From the NCBI RefSeq assembly GCF_009914755.1, contig NC_060929.1: 64,000 bases of DNA, one strand, 5' to 3'. A model generated the notes under the pieces. The model ran no database searches and was not told where the DNA came from. It saw only the letters and a list, made by a program, of their open reading frames with translations. A program made the position numbers and the translations under genes. Origin of the DNA: the human T2T-CHM13v2.0 reference genome, Homo sapiens. Each line of letters begins with the position of its first letter. Position 1 is the stretch's first letter. This document shows, piece by piece, positions 44,082 through 63,852 of the stretch.

Positions 44082-45411
44082 TAAAGTCAATGATAAAGCA
44101 AGCAACACTTGAATATTACAAAAATTGTGTAGGAGTCTATGAATGGTGGTAATGTGGGAAACCTTGTCTTTAGAAATCACCCATTTCCCTTGAGGTCTCC
44201 TAGATCAAGTCCAAATAGTATTATATTCTCCACGTTAGGACTGCCTTGAACTTCAGTTCACTTGATTTTCCAATCGCCTTGGCCCATTCTCCACCTGCCT
44301 TCTCTCCTCTCCGCTGTGTTGGTGAAGCAAGCCCTGCTCCTGCCTTCCTCTCCTTTCTCCCTCCCTCCCCAGCATTGGGAGTCTTGGGGCTCTGACGGGG
44401 GTCCCGCGAAGTCCCAGTGCTGTAAATAGTGCCTGCCATACCTTGATGGAATGTTCCATACGAGCTACTGTTATTAGGTGTGTTCCCCTTATGGCTTTTC
44501 AAAATAAAGTAAAATAACACCGGCTTAGTTCTGAAAGGAACCCAGCCCTCCTTCTTTCTTTCCAATCCGACTTGTGTGTCTACATTTAATTAATTGGGCT
44601 TGTAGCTCATAGATCCTCTGATTTGCACAAACAATTAAGTGTAATTACTTGGGAACACCCATAAGGGCTCATAATCTATTATGCTTGGCAAATTTGGCCA
44701 AACAAAATTAGAGATGCCGTTTCCAAATCTGGTTCTGCTATGTCTACTGTGCTCATTCTTGGAATAAACATGCAAAGCAGAGTTGATTTACACGTTCGGC
44801 CTTTGATGACATTGTGATGTTGCATCATTTCTTCCAGGGCTAGATGCCTTGTTTTCAGAAAGACTAAAGCCTTCTCTGTCCAATTTTACTCAGTTCATTT
44901 CACCAGATACATGGGACACCTTCAAGGACCATACTTTGTTTCAAGCCCCCTTCCCCAACACACCATGTACTAAGCACTCTGCAAGGTGCTCCATGGGCAA
45001 CTACCTTGTCCCATCTTGATCACTTCCAGATGTTCATTGCCCAGGAGACAATTTTCAGCTTTATGTTTTTTTGAAATGAGTATGTGGACACTTCTGAAAT
45101 CAATTTTTCTTGTTGCCATCGTTGCTAATGTGATTTCATTTTACGTGCTCTGCTTGGCTTCCTGATGAATTTATTCTTTGCACTTTCCTTGGAATTTCTG
45201 AGTCATAAAAATTAGAGACTCCATATCCCCAGAGGTGATGCCTTATCAGACCTGTGCTGAGGACACTGGCCTTGCCTACATGTGTGGTGAGTGGGTTGGG
45301 CTTTATGGAGAAGCTGAAAACGTGGGAGAAGGGGCTGGTAATCTAGATCTCTAGGCTAGGGCTCCTAATATTGGAGGGTGGGGGTAGTTTATGGCTCCTT
45401 TTGTAAAGTTA

Positions 45412-45825
<414 letters not shown>

Positions 45826-45896
45826 CTATGTCTTCATCACCTCAGGGAAGAGAGTCTTGCAGCAGGGCACAAAAGCCTTCATTAAAAAAAAGACTT

Positions 45897-46331
<435 letters not shown>

Positions 46332-47859
46332 TCAACCTTACCGGGTAATGACGGAACTCCAAGCAAGTCACTTAGCCTCTGCCAGTCTCAGTCAAGCCAT
46401 CCATAAACTGGGAACAGTCAGAGCCAGGCTGCGTGGTGGAGCCATTTCCAAAGCCCCTGCTATCTCCCCACCTCCCAGTTCTACCAACATTAATTGCTTT
46501 TGCCCCATTTTACTTTTAAATTTTAAATCAATTTAATAGTTATGTTTTACAATTACTATGAATTCTACAATTACACAAATAACACGCACATATATTCTCC
46601 ATGTAAAAACAAACACACATTACAGACAAAGCTGAAGTTTCCTTTGGTCATTGTCATTAATTTGTTGTGGACTTTCAAACCTTTTTGCATGTGATAAATA
46701 TAATTATGTTTATATTTAAAGTGTAATTGATATCAAATGGCACATATTTCACAAGTTTTTTTATTCATTCATCATGCCCTAGAGATCTTTCCCTGGTGGT
46801 AATTTCATATTTATATCATTCTGTTTAAAAATGTTACAGTATGATTGTGCCATAAATGTTTTATTCCCATGGATGGACATTTAGACTGTTTTCCGCTAAT
46901 TTGGAAGACCTTGTGAGGGGTGGGAGGAATGGAGCAGGAGTCTGTCCCCTCTATGAGCTTATTTACAAGAATTTTGTCTCAACCAAGTTTATTTCCCTGG
47001 CAGGCCCTTCATCGGGAGACTGGCAAGAGAAGCACAGTTTGAGTTCAGTGAAAGGTCTGAGACAGGATGACCCTGTTTTTAGGAAGCATGCAGTAGAAGA
47101 CCTAAGAATGCATGAAAACAATAAAACATCTTAGATCCTTAGAATAAACAAAGGAGACAAAGACAAAATGATCTCTTTGCTCCTCGGACAGATCCTAATT
47201 AAGTTAAGGTAGATGAAGAAATTAGGATCAGGAGATAAACGGGATAAGGCCCTGCCCTCAACATGCTTGCCATTTAATGAAGAGGAACCCAGGGAGATAA
47301 GATATGTAGACAGAGGAATGTGGGCCATGCACTCAGAGCTGCAGAGACACAGAGCTAAGAGGGAATAGGGAGTGCTTGCTTGCAGAGATGAAACTTGCAA
47401 AGAAAGGAAGCTTCTAACTGAGTTAGAAGCGAGGGAAAGAAGAGATGGATGAAGGCCTGGGGAGCTAGAAAGAGAAAGATTCCAGGAAAGAAGAAAGTGA
47501 TCTAAGTTAGCACTTCTCCAACTTGAATATGCACGGGTCACACCAGGGATCTTAGAACGAAGCAAATCCTGACCCAGTTAATCTGGGATGGGGTCCAAGA
47601 TATTCTGCGTTTCTGTAATGCCTCTGGTTCCTGGACCCCTCATGGTACAGAGGGAGGACGCCCTGGCTATATTTGGAGGCCTCAGGCTAGAACTAAAAAT
47701 GATAGGAATTTGACATTAAAATTGTGATCAAATTCCAGAGGGACATGAACATCAGAATGACTTGATAACATTGCTTGTTTTGAGCTTTTCCTTCAAATTT
47801 TAGCCCCTGATGTGGTTTGTTTACGGTAACAACAACAGGAATACTCACTGAGCCACTAC

Positions 47860-48200
47860 TACATACAGGCACTTTGCTCAGTGCTGGAAATACAGCAGTG
47901 ATCCATGGACCAAAATCCCTGTTCTAGTGCAGATGACATTCTTTCTAATGAGGTGAGAAAGATAATAAGCAACACAAATAATAAATAAGTAAGTGACTTA
48001 GTGTTAGTGATAAATACTATGGAAACAATAGAGCAATTAAAAAGGAATAGAATGGCCAGGATGAATTTTATTTTTAAGTAAGGTGGTCAAGGTAGGCCTT
48101 AGTGACTTGCATAAAGATGTGAGGGCGATAAAGGGGTTAACCATGCGGGTAATGAGGTAACAGCATTACAGGCAGAGGGAACAGCCAGTGCAAACGCCCT
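47860..48200 (-). mobile_element. L2
   Basis: caggcactttgctcagtgctggaaatacagcagtga...agcattacaggcagagggaacagccagtgcaaa. Confidence 0.75.
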
Positions 48201-48393
48201 GAAATGTTACAGATGAGGGAAATAAGACACCGAGAGGTTAGGTAACTTACCCAAGATTTCCCACCCAAAATGCAAACCCAGATCAAACTCAAGTTCATGA
48301 TCTTAATTAACCACTATTCTGCTGCCTTTCTTAGTCTAGCATCATATGGTCTGTGGTGTCACAGATGAGTCCCTGAGAGTAAAAATTTACTGA

Positions 48394-48835
<442 letters not shown>

Positions 48836-49029
48836 CTAATTCTCCCTTCTTTATACCTGGAAAAACCTCTCATTTTGTTCCTACCTGTGCTTCCTCATCA
48901 TCTAGCAGTGTGACCATGGGCATTTACTTAACCACTCTGAACTTCACGTTTCTTCCTCTATAAATGGTGTTACCTCATGGAGCTGCTGGGAAGATGAGAT
49001 GAGAAAATGTACATTATAATAATAGCTAC

Positions 49030-49418
<389 letters not shown>

Positions 49419-49779
49419 TAGTCCTTATGACAACCACGTGGCTAGGTACATTAGTAGTGTCCCATTTTAAAGAAGATGAAACTGAGACTCAGAGAAAAGT
49501 GACTTGTCCAGATCTACAATTAAGAAGTAATACAGTTCAGAGAGGAAGCTGGGAAGGTCTGACCCCATGGCCCAAGTTCTTAACCACTTAGGCTGCCTTA
49601 TGGCTCCACACTCTGCTGTTATGATCAAACAACTAAGAAATGCATGGAATTTGAACTTTCTTAGCTGTTCATGCAGAATAATCTTTAGGAGTTTTAGAAG
49701 TGGATTTCTAGGGCTTCTCTTGGTCAATTTGTACCTAAGGGTTTAAGTGCTCAGAATGGTGGCAGAGAAGGAAGAGCTT

Positions 49780-51240
<1,461 letters not shown>

Positions 51241-51254
51241 ATCTTCTTTATACT

Positions 51255-51495
51255 TTTTTAATGGACAGAAATTGTATATATTTATAGTATGCAACATGAT
51301 TTTTTTATGTATATACATACATTTTGGAATGACTAAAAATCAAACTAATCAACACATGCAATACTCACATACTTTTGTAAGAACATTTAAAATCTACTTT
51401 CTTAGCAATTTTAAAGTATACAATACATTGTTATTAACTATAATCACCGTGTTGTACAATAGATCTCCTAAACTTTTTCCTTCTTCTCACTGAAA
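51255..51495 (-). mobile_element. L1MA 3' end
   Basis: acatttaaaatctactttcttagcaatttt...gttattaactataatcaccgtgttgtacaatagatctc. Confidence 0.75.
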
Positions 51496-51520
51496 ATAAA
51501 GCATATTTGACAAAAGGTTA

Positions 51521-51928
<408 letters not shown>

Positions 51929-52087
51929 TTAAATACCTATAGATAACAATACCATAGTATATACCTAAAAATCTGTAAAAAGGGTAGATCTCATGTTAAA
52001 TGTTCTTACCAGAATTTTAAAACTATATAGACAAGATAATTGTGAATACTGACAACTGTTACGAAGAAGACAAGATGTAATCATACA

Positions 52088-52397
<310 letters not shown>

Positions 52398-52399
52398 AG

Positions 52400-52612
52400 G
52401 AAGTGTACATTTTTAAATAACTAACAGAGTATAATTGGATTATTTGAAACACAAAGGATAAATGCTTGGGGTGATGGATACCCCATTTTTTCTGATGTGA
52501 TTATCACCCATTGGATGCCTGTATGAAAATGTCTCATGTGCTCCAAAATATATACACCTACTATGTACCCACGAAATTGAAAATAAACACTTAAAAAACA
52601 AAAATAAAAAAT
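52400..52612 (+). mobile_element. L1MA 3' terminus
   Basis: acacaaaggataaatgcttggggtgatggataccccatt...atatatacacctactatgtacccac. Confidence 0.8.
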
Positions 52613-52635
52613 ATGATGGAGTAACAGGATAGAGC

Positions 52636-52851
52636 TGATCTCTCCAAATATGATAGCAACTAGCTACATTTCTTTAGCTACTTATTTTTAATTTTCAATT
52701 CGTTAAAATTAAATAAAAACATACAGTTCTGTAGTCACACTTGCCACCTTCTGAGGCTCAGTAGTCTCCTGGATAGTAGCCACTGCATTGAATGTTACAG
52801 ATAAAGAATATTTCAATCGCTGCAGAAAGTTCTGTTTGTTGCACGGTGCTG
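52636..52851. mobile_element. MER3-like hAT-Charlie MITE
   Basis: tagcaactagctacat...gtagccactgcattg...gcagaaagttct. Confidence 0.65.
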
Positions 52852-53144
52852 GTGAGAGTTGCAGGAGTGGGAAGGAAAGAGGAGACAGGGAAGCCTCTCT
52901 GAGATGAAGACGTCTGGCTGAGACTTGCAGGGTGGGAAGGAGGCAGTTCTGTGGAGCAGGAAGATGTGTTTCAGGCAGAGGGGACAAAAGGTGCAGACAC
53001 ACTGAAACAGGAGCACACCTGGAGTTTGAGAGAAAAAGAAAGAACAGGATGGCTGGAGGAGGGTGAACAAGAGGGAGGGTGTTAAAGGAGGAAGTTGATC
53101 AGGTGGTCAAAGTAACACTTTGTACTCCTGCCAGATCACTAAAA

Positions 53145-53438
53145 GGACTGCAACTTCAGTCGGGTGCTCCTTAACACCCTCTCCTGGAAGGCAGCCACTG
53201 TGCCGCAAGGAAGCCCTCTAAGGCAGCCCATGGCAAGATCTCTACGGAGATCCCTACAACTGTGCCGGAGCTCCCAGGTGGAAAGCAGGTGGCTTGAAAG
53301 AGGCTCCTTCAGCCTCCAGCGGAGAACCCCAGCTGACCCTGCGTGGAGCAGAGACTCACCATTCCCATCAAGCCCTGCCCAAATTACAAAATCATGAGCA
53401 AAACAAATGATGGTGGTTGTTTTAAGATAAACGATACA
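53145..53438 (+). mobile_element. MLT1-type MaLR LTR
   Basis: ccagctga...gtggagcagaga...agccctgcccaaattacaaaatcatgagcaaaacaaatgatggtggttgttttaag. Confidence 0.7.
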
Positions 53439-53789
53439 GAGAGACCCAGCTACAAAGTGGTGGAGGGGAAGCGAGTCCTGTAGCTTTCAGCTGCGTTGCA
53501 TCAAATAATCCAGCTTTGCCACATCACAGCTGGGAAACGTCAGGCAAATCTCCCCGCAGGTGAGAGCACCTAGCACAACTGCAGACACTTAGAATAAGCA
53601 AATACTACTGCTTGAGTGTTAAAACTCCTCAAACCCCACTTTGAAGTATAAACACATCTTCCTTTATCAACGTTAAGAGTTAAACTTGTCCCACCGGATC
53701 TAATTTGGAGGTTTCTTCTTTAGTAGGTCTCACACTTTACAGAAGCCAGCTGATGAGTCTGTTAAACTGAAAACCCAGAATCTTTCTCA

Positions 53790-54270
<481 letters not shown>

Positions 54271-54395
54271 ATTTCCTTGACCACCAAAGATGGCTTTTGT
54301 ACCCTTTGTAATCCAGCCTTCCTTCCATCACTTTACCCGACAACCACTGATATGCTTTGTCACTCTATTCGTGCATACTTTAAAAAAAACAAAAA

Positions 54396-54460
54396 CACTG
54401 CACTCCAGCCTGGTGACAGAGCGAGACTCTGTCTCAGAAAAAAAACAAAAAGAAAAAAAC
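54396..54460 (+). mobile_element. Alu 3' stub (~40 bp plus tail)
   Basis: cactgcactccagcctggtgacagagcgagactctgtctc; flanking repeat aaaaaacaaaaac. Confidence 0.85.
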
Positions 54461-54889
54461 AAAAAACAAAAACTTTATATATTGAATCATATCTCATGAA
54501 CTCTTTTTGTTGTCTGGCTTGTGTCACTCAACACCATGATTTTGAGATTCGTCCACATAGTTCATGTATCAACATTTCATTCCTCTTTATTGCTGATTAA
54601 TACTCCAGCGTATGAACGCCACAGTGTCCAATCATCTGCTGATGGACATTTGGGTTGTTTCCAATTTTGGCTAGGACAAATAAAGCTGCTGTGAACAGCC
54701 ATGGGTAGTTGGGTACACTTGGGAGTTGAATGACTGAGCTGCATGGCAGATGATGTTTAACTTTTTTTATAAACTGCAAAACCATTTTTGCCAAGTGGTT
54801 TTACCTTCTTATGTCCCTTACAGCAGTGCATGAGAGTTCTGGCTATCCCACATCTTTGCCAACACTTGGTACAGTTTTAAAAATTTTAG

Positions 54890-55100
54890 CCAGTGGTGTG
54901 CTGGACCCAGCTTGCACCAGCTTGTGGGAGCCAACTCTGCATCTTTTCCCAATTCTGGGTTCAGCGACTTCTTGTTGGTACCTTGAAATCAACCATGGTG
55001 GAAATATTTACTCCATAGAAACTGGCAAATGCTACTAATCAGACTTCCTTCACCTCTACTCCACCCAGAACAGCTGTTAATCATTTACCAACACACCATT
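54890..55100 (+). mobile_element. MER63-like element nested in L1
   Basis: ccagtggtgtgctgg...aatatttac...ctggcaaatgctac...tttaccaacacaccattg. Confidence 0.7.
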
Positions 55101-55329
55101 GATTGCAGCCATTCTAGTGGGTATGTAGTGGTATTTCATTGTCATTCAATTTACATTTCCCTGATGACTAATGGTGTTGAGCAGCTTTTCATGTGCTTAT
55201 GGGTCATTCTCATCTCTTCTTTTGAGAAGTATCTGTTGAAATCTTTGCCTATTTTCTCACTGGGTTGCAGACCCTTTTCACTTTCTTAATGGTGTCTTTC
55301 AAAGCACAAAGGTGTCTTATTTTAATTGA

Positions 55330-55718
<389 letters not shown>

Positions 55719-56330
55719 TCTCCTATAGTTTCTTTTTAAAAGTTTTGTGGTTTTAAGTTTTGCATTTGAATCTGTAATTCATTTTGATTCAATTTTTATG
55801 CATGGTGTGGGTTTTGTGTCAATATTCACTTTTTTCTTGCATATTTATCTAGCACCATTTGTTGAAAAGTCGTCTTTTCTCACAGAATTGCCTTGGCTCC
55901 TGTATCAAAACAACTGACCAATACATGTGTGTCAATTTATGGACTCTCTAATCTGTTCCACTGAGCTATATGTTTACATTTTCACTAATACTGAACTGTC
56001 TTGATTACTGTAGCTTTATAGTAAGTCTTAAAAGCAAATAGGGTAGATTATCCAACTTTTTTTAAAATTGCTTTTGTTATTCTACACCCTTTGTTTTTGT
56101 TATTCTATACCCACTTTCTCGTGGAAATCGAGTTTGTCAATTTCCACTAGAATACTTTCTAAAATTTCTATTGGGATTGCATTGAATCTGTAGCTTAATT
56201 TGGAGAAAAGCACCATCTTAACGATATTGAGTCTTCCAAACCAAACAGGACATATTTTTTCATTTATTTAGGTCCTTCTTAATTTCCCCAGCATTGCTTT
56301 GTAATTATCAGTGTAGAAGTCTTGCATGTC

Positions 56331-56625
<295 letters not shown>

Positions 56626-57066
56626 ACTCTTGCATGTCTTATGTTAGATTTTTTTCCTAGGTATTTTATATTAGATTTTTTCCTAGGTATTTAATGTTTT
56701 GGTACTACCATACACAGAATTGTTTGCTTAATGTTATCAGTTGTTTGATGTTCCAACATAAGGGTTATAATTAATTTTGTATATTAACCTTGTCTTCTGC
56801 AGCATTGCTAAATTCATTTACTAGTTCCAGTAGTTACTTTTTAGACTCCCTTGAATTTTCTGCATAAATTATTATAGCACCTGAAAGCAGGGGTAGAGTT
56901 ATTTCTTCCTCCCCAAATGTTATGCCTTTTGTTTCTTTTTCTTGCTTTGTTGCATTGGCTAGATTCCCTAGAATAATGTTGAATACAAGTTGTGAGAGCA
57001 GGCATCCTTGCCTTTTTCTGGATTTCAGGGGAAACAATTCAACCTTTCATCATTAAGAATGATGGG

Positions 57067-57357
<291 letters not shown>

Positions 57358-57557
57358 GAATGATGTTCGCTATAGATTTTTGTTTAAAAATAGATGATCT
57401 TTAGCAGTTTGAGGATATTCCCTACTATTCCTAGGTTGCTATAAGTTTTTATTTTGAATGGGTGGAATTTCTTTCAAATGCTTTTCCACAATCTATTGAA
57501 ATCATCCTATGGTTTCTTCACCTTTATTCTGTTGCTTTTGGTATTACATTGATAGAC

Positions 57558-57859
57558 TTATTTTATTTTATTTTATTTTTGAGGCAGAGTCTAGCTCTGT
57601 CACCCAAGCTGGAGTACAGTAGTATGATCCTGGATCACTGCAACCTCCGCCTGCCGGGTTCAAGCAATTCTCCTGCCTCAGCCTCCCAAGTAGCCGGGAT
57701 TATAGGTGCCCACGACCATGCCCAGGACTTTTTGTATTTTTAGTAAAGATGGGGTTTCACTGTGTTGGCCAGGCTGGTCTTGAACTCCTGACCTCGTGTT
57801 CCACCCGCCTCGGCCTCCCAAAGTGCTGGGGTTACAAGCATGAGCCACCACGTCCGGCT
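57558..57859 (-). mobile_element. AluS
   Basis: Reverse Alu with (ttatt)n tail. Confidence 0.93.
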
Positions 57860-58759
57860 GATAGCTTGATTTTCAAATATTAAACTAGGCTTTCATTTTG
57901 GGTAATAAATCCTACTTAGTCATGATTTATTATCATTTGTATATATTGTTGGATTCAATTTTCTATTTTTTTGCCAATTTTTGGTGTATGCTTATAAAAA
58001 TATTAAGTTTATAATTTTTTAAAAAATATCTGCCAGATTTTGGTGCTTAAGGTATACGACTTATACAATTGGGAATGATTCTGCCTTCTCTAATTTTAAA
58101 AATATTTATGAAATATTGGTGTTATTTCTTCCTGAAATATTTGACAGAATTTACCAGTGAAACCATGTGGTCCTGGAGTATTTTGGAAGGAAAAATTTTT
58201 AAGTAACAAATTCAATTTTTTAAATAGGTTAGGGCTAGAGTTTATGTTTCTCATGTCAATTTTGATGAGTTCTATTTTTCAAGACATTTGCTCATTCCAT
58301 CTAATTTATTAGATTTATTGGCATAAAGGTGTTCATAGTATTTTATTATATTTTTCAATGTTTTTAGGACCTGTGGTAATCGTCCATTTTAAATTTCTGA
58401 TATGGATGATTGATTTTTTCATGACTTAGTCTAGTTAGGGACTTTTCAGTTTTGTTAATTATTTTTAGAGAAAAAGATTTGGACTTCCTAATTTTCTCTA
58501 TTGTCTGTTTTGTTTCATAAGTTTTTGTCCTTATCATGATCATTTCTTTCCTTATATTTACTTTTGATTGACTTTGTTTTTTTTTTCCTATTTTCTTAAG
58601 GTAGAAACTTAGGTCATTGACTTTAGACATTTTTTTCTTTTCTAATGTCAGCATTTAAAGCTGTAACTTTCCCCTTAAACACTACTTTAGCTGTATCTGA
58701 CATTATTTTGATGTATTGCATTTGTATTTATCTTTCAGTGCAAAATATGTTATAATCTA

Positions 58760-59070
58760 GGCCGGGCGCGGTGGCTCACACCTATAATTCCAACACTTAG
58801 GAGGCTGAGGTGGATCACCTGAGGTCAGGAGTTCGAGACCAGCCTGACCAACAACGCGAAACCACGTCTCTACTAAAAATACAAAAATCAGTTAGCCGAG
58901 TGGATGCACTCCTGTAATCCCAGCTACTCGGGAGGCTGAGCAGGAGAATCGCTTGAACACGGGAGGTGGAGGTTTCAGTGAGCCGAGATCGTGCCACTGC
59001 CCTCCAGCCTGGGTGACAGAGCAAGACTCCTTCTCAAAAATAAACAAACAAAAAAACCCAAAAAACAAAA
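58760..59070 (+). mobile_element. AluS
   Basis: Flanking repeat caaaatatg(t/c)tataatct. Confidence 0.93.
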
Positions 59071-59309
59071 ATATGCTATAATCTTCCTTGTATAATTTTG
59101 GTTTTGGTCTATAAATTACTTCAAAATGTGTTATTTAATTTCCACACATTTGGGGTTTTCCTAGATATATTTTTATTATTAATTCCTAATTTAATTCCAC
59201 TGCAGTCAGAAAACACATTTTGTGTGATTGCAGTCCTTGCAAATTTATTAGGACTTGTTTTATGGCCCAGGATATGGTCTATCTTGACATATGTACCATG
59301 GGTACTTAA

Positions 59310-60290
59310 CTAGCTGGATGTGTTTAGACAAGTTACTTAATCTCTCTGGTCTCAATTTACTCACATATAAAAGCCGGACGACAGCAATAGCACTTACCTC
59401 CAAAGGCTGTTGTCAGGATTCAAGTAGGTAACAAGAAAAGCACTAAGCACAGCGGCTGGCACATAGTACACATGCCATACATTTAGCTTTTATTATTATC
59501 ACTCAAAAGGTGAAAACCCTGCTAGCCGCTGGGTTTGTTTTATTCCGGGCTCCACCACAATGTCCTAAAGCTTCCCCATAAAACAGCTAAAACAAAACAG
59601 CTAAAGGTTCCCTCCTCCAGCCCCAGTTTCTTTTCACGGAATTCTGATCAAATCCAGAATCCCTTTCCGTTGTCCTTAGGGCTCTGTGTGGTCCTGCCTC
59701 TGCCTGTCTCACTGACCTCCTCTCTCTCCACTCTCCCTCTGGATCCACCACTCACCAGCCACAACCATGTTCCATCTCGTCCTTAAACACCACTAGCAGG
59801 AACTTTCCCAGTCTGGGCCTTTGTGCATGCTTCTCCCTCTGTCTGGAAGCTTCTCATTTCTTGCATTCTTCGATAGTTACAACTCAGTTTAAATGTGGCT
59901 TTCTCCAGGAAGTCTTCCTTGACTGCACAATCTAAACTCAGTCTACTTGATATTATCTTTCATACCAGCTGGCTTTTCCTTCAAAGCACTTAGCACAATT
60001 TGTACAAGTTCAAGCTCCCCCACGAGATTGTATGCACCAAGAAGGAAGAACTTTAGCTGTTTTGTTGATCCTGTGTCCAGTGCTGTGGCTGGAAATGACA
60101 GCAGTCACGTTCATGCACATGTCTATAACCCCTGTTGAATGAGTAAACCCTTGCTGTTATAAACCCCAGATAGGTGAGCCAGGGCAAATCACTTGACTTC
60201 TTTGAGCTTTATTTTCCTCATCTGGAAAATGCCTGCCATCATCCTTCCCTCAAAGTGTTATTGAGAAAAGTTTTCATGTGTTCATGAAAG
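59310..60290 (+). mobile_element. MIR and L2 fragments
   Basis: acaagttacttaatctctct (MIR); gggcctttgtgcatgct...aagctcccc (L2); gggcaaatcacttgacttct (MIR). Confidence 0.6.
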
Positions 60291-60563
60291 CCAGAAATAT
60301 ACTCAAACAAGTATACCACTGCATAGAACCTACAAATGTCCATTGTCACTTGATTGTAAAAGCGGAAAACTAGAAGCAACTGAGAAGATCAGCCACAGAC
60401 ACCCGGTTAATAAACCACACTCATACAACAGAGCACCGTGGAGGTGCTTACAAAATGTATCTCCTCATGATGGAAAGACATATTACAGGGAAATAAAATT
60501 GAAGAAGATTGTCTCTAGTGAGAGCTGATTTTTGAAGAGCATTTGACAAAATACATGTTTTCG

Positions 60564-60857
60564 GCAGGCCACGGTGGCTCACGCCTATAATCCCAGAACT
60601 TTGGGAGGCTGAGGCGGGTGGATCATGAGGTCAGGAGTTTGAGACCAGCCCAGCCAAGATGGTGAAACTCTGTCTCTACTAAAAATACAAAAAAATTAGT
60701 GGGCATGGTGGCGGGCACCTGTAATCCCAGCTACTCGGGAGGCTGAGGCAGAGAACTGCTTGAACCCTGGAGGCGGAGCCTGCAGTGAGCTGAGATCGCG
60801 CCACTGCACTCCAGCCTGGGCAATAGAGCGAGACTCCATCTCAAAAAAAAAAAAAAA
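60564..60857 (+). mobile_element. AluS
   Basis: TSD atacatgtttt. Confidence 0.95.
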
Positions 60858-61087
60858 TAGAAAAAGATACATGTTTTCTCAAACCAGAAACTTCTGACAT
60901 TGTTTATTTCTTGGGGGTGAGACTGGAAAAGGGGAGATATGTTTCATTTTAAGCCTGTTTGAAATTTTTTACCATGGGCACTTACTGCTTTTGTAAACAA
61001 GGAATTCTTTCATGTTTAAAACATGGTGGTGAGCAGTTGCTGAGCCGCGCAGGGCAGGACTCCTCCTCTCGCTCCAGCTGCTTGTTA

Positions 61088-61482
<395 letters not shown>

Positions 61483-62610
61483 GACAAAACAGAACAAACA
61501 GAAGCAGCCCTTTCTGGGTAGCAAGGGCCGCGGTGGTGGCAGTGGCTGGTGGCTGGTGGCTGGCAGCTTGATTTCCTACCTCAAGCTCCCTGATGCCTGC
61601 TGGAAGGGTTCTCCAGACAGCCCGACTGCAGCTGGAGCCACAGGTACCAGGCCTGAAGACCAAGCAATAAATCATTAGCAGATTGGCCCACGGATCACTT
61701 CCCTTTTGGGGCGCTGCCTGGCACTTCCCAAGAGGAAGAAATTTATCAGCACTTGGCTGGCTGCCCTGTGCTCGCACAGTCGCGGGCTCCCAGTAGGTCA
61801 CACCGAGTGGCCCCTCCTCCTCAGACACAGGGCTGTGCCTGGGGAGGCCCAAGAAAGCCAAAGAATAGGCCACGGGCTCAGAAGACAGGGTGAGAAACAC
61901 TTAGTCAGCATAATCCCTGCCAATCACACCAGGGCTTCCGGTAATACCAAGAGGGGAGCGGGTGAGAAGGTGGATTCTGAATCTGACCACGTAACTCTGC
62001 ACTGCCACGAAGGCCCCAGCTCATGCCCCGCGCTCAGCAGAGAGTGGGCTTGGGCCTCATCTTCCTGTAACCGGGGGCTGGGGACCACTTTGATCTCACT
62101 GTTCCCCTTGCTGCTGTTCACACCAGTACGGCGCCTTCAAGAAGTTATCCCAGGGCAATTTTCCACCTTTGAAGTCCCCGGAAAACCCTGCCAAAAGCTG
62201 TTCTGGTGTGAGGATGCTGCAGGGGCAGGCAGCCTGGTGCCGCGGCCTCCCGGGTGCCAGAACTGGAACATCGAGACATCAAAGGCGAAGGTGGCAGCAG
62301 GGCGATGAGTAAGCTCCGCTGCAGGCTTGGCCTCGGCCCCAGAAGCCTTCTCCTCATCTCCCAGTGGTGGCTGAGCAGGACTAGGGAGACGACCCAGAGA
62401 GCCTGGAGACCTGGCTTGGGGGAAGCCCTGTGGATGCTTCTGGAGGCGGACACTTCCCTGCTGCTCTGTGCCTGGTAAAGGCACCGACCACTGCAGAGCA
62501 GAAGCAGAGTCCAATCCTGGCTCCAAGGCGCCCCTGACTGCAAAGCTTTGGTAACTCCCATCCCCTCTTGGGTCCCCAGTTTCTTCATCTGTCACATGAG
62601 AATGTGGGAT

Positions 62611-63546
<936 letters not shown>

Positions 63547-63681
63547 GATTTCATTTTGTTTTAAGAGATTTGGCCCATGAGCCCCTATCATGTGTCATGC
63601 ACTCCCCTGGGGAGAAACAGTGAAGCAGACAGAGGTGACACGACCCTTCCCCTCTTGCAGTCACAGGTTGACTATATGCAG

Positions 63682-63852
63682 AGGTCTCTCAAAGTGTGCC
63701 TCATGGGTCCCTCAGAATCTGGTTAAGATGCAGAGAAATGCCTGGGCCCCAACCCAAATCTGCTAAATCAGATCTTCCGGGGGTGGAATCTGGAAATCTC
63801 CATTTTTAGCAAGCTCCCTGGAGGATGACCTTAGCCACATGAAAGCTCTTGC
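63682..63852. mobile_element. MER5-like hAT-Charlie MITE
   Basis: tctcaaagtgtg...ttaagatgcag...cctgggcccc...aatcaga...catttttagcaagctccc. Confidence 0.65.
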
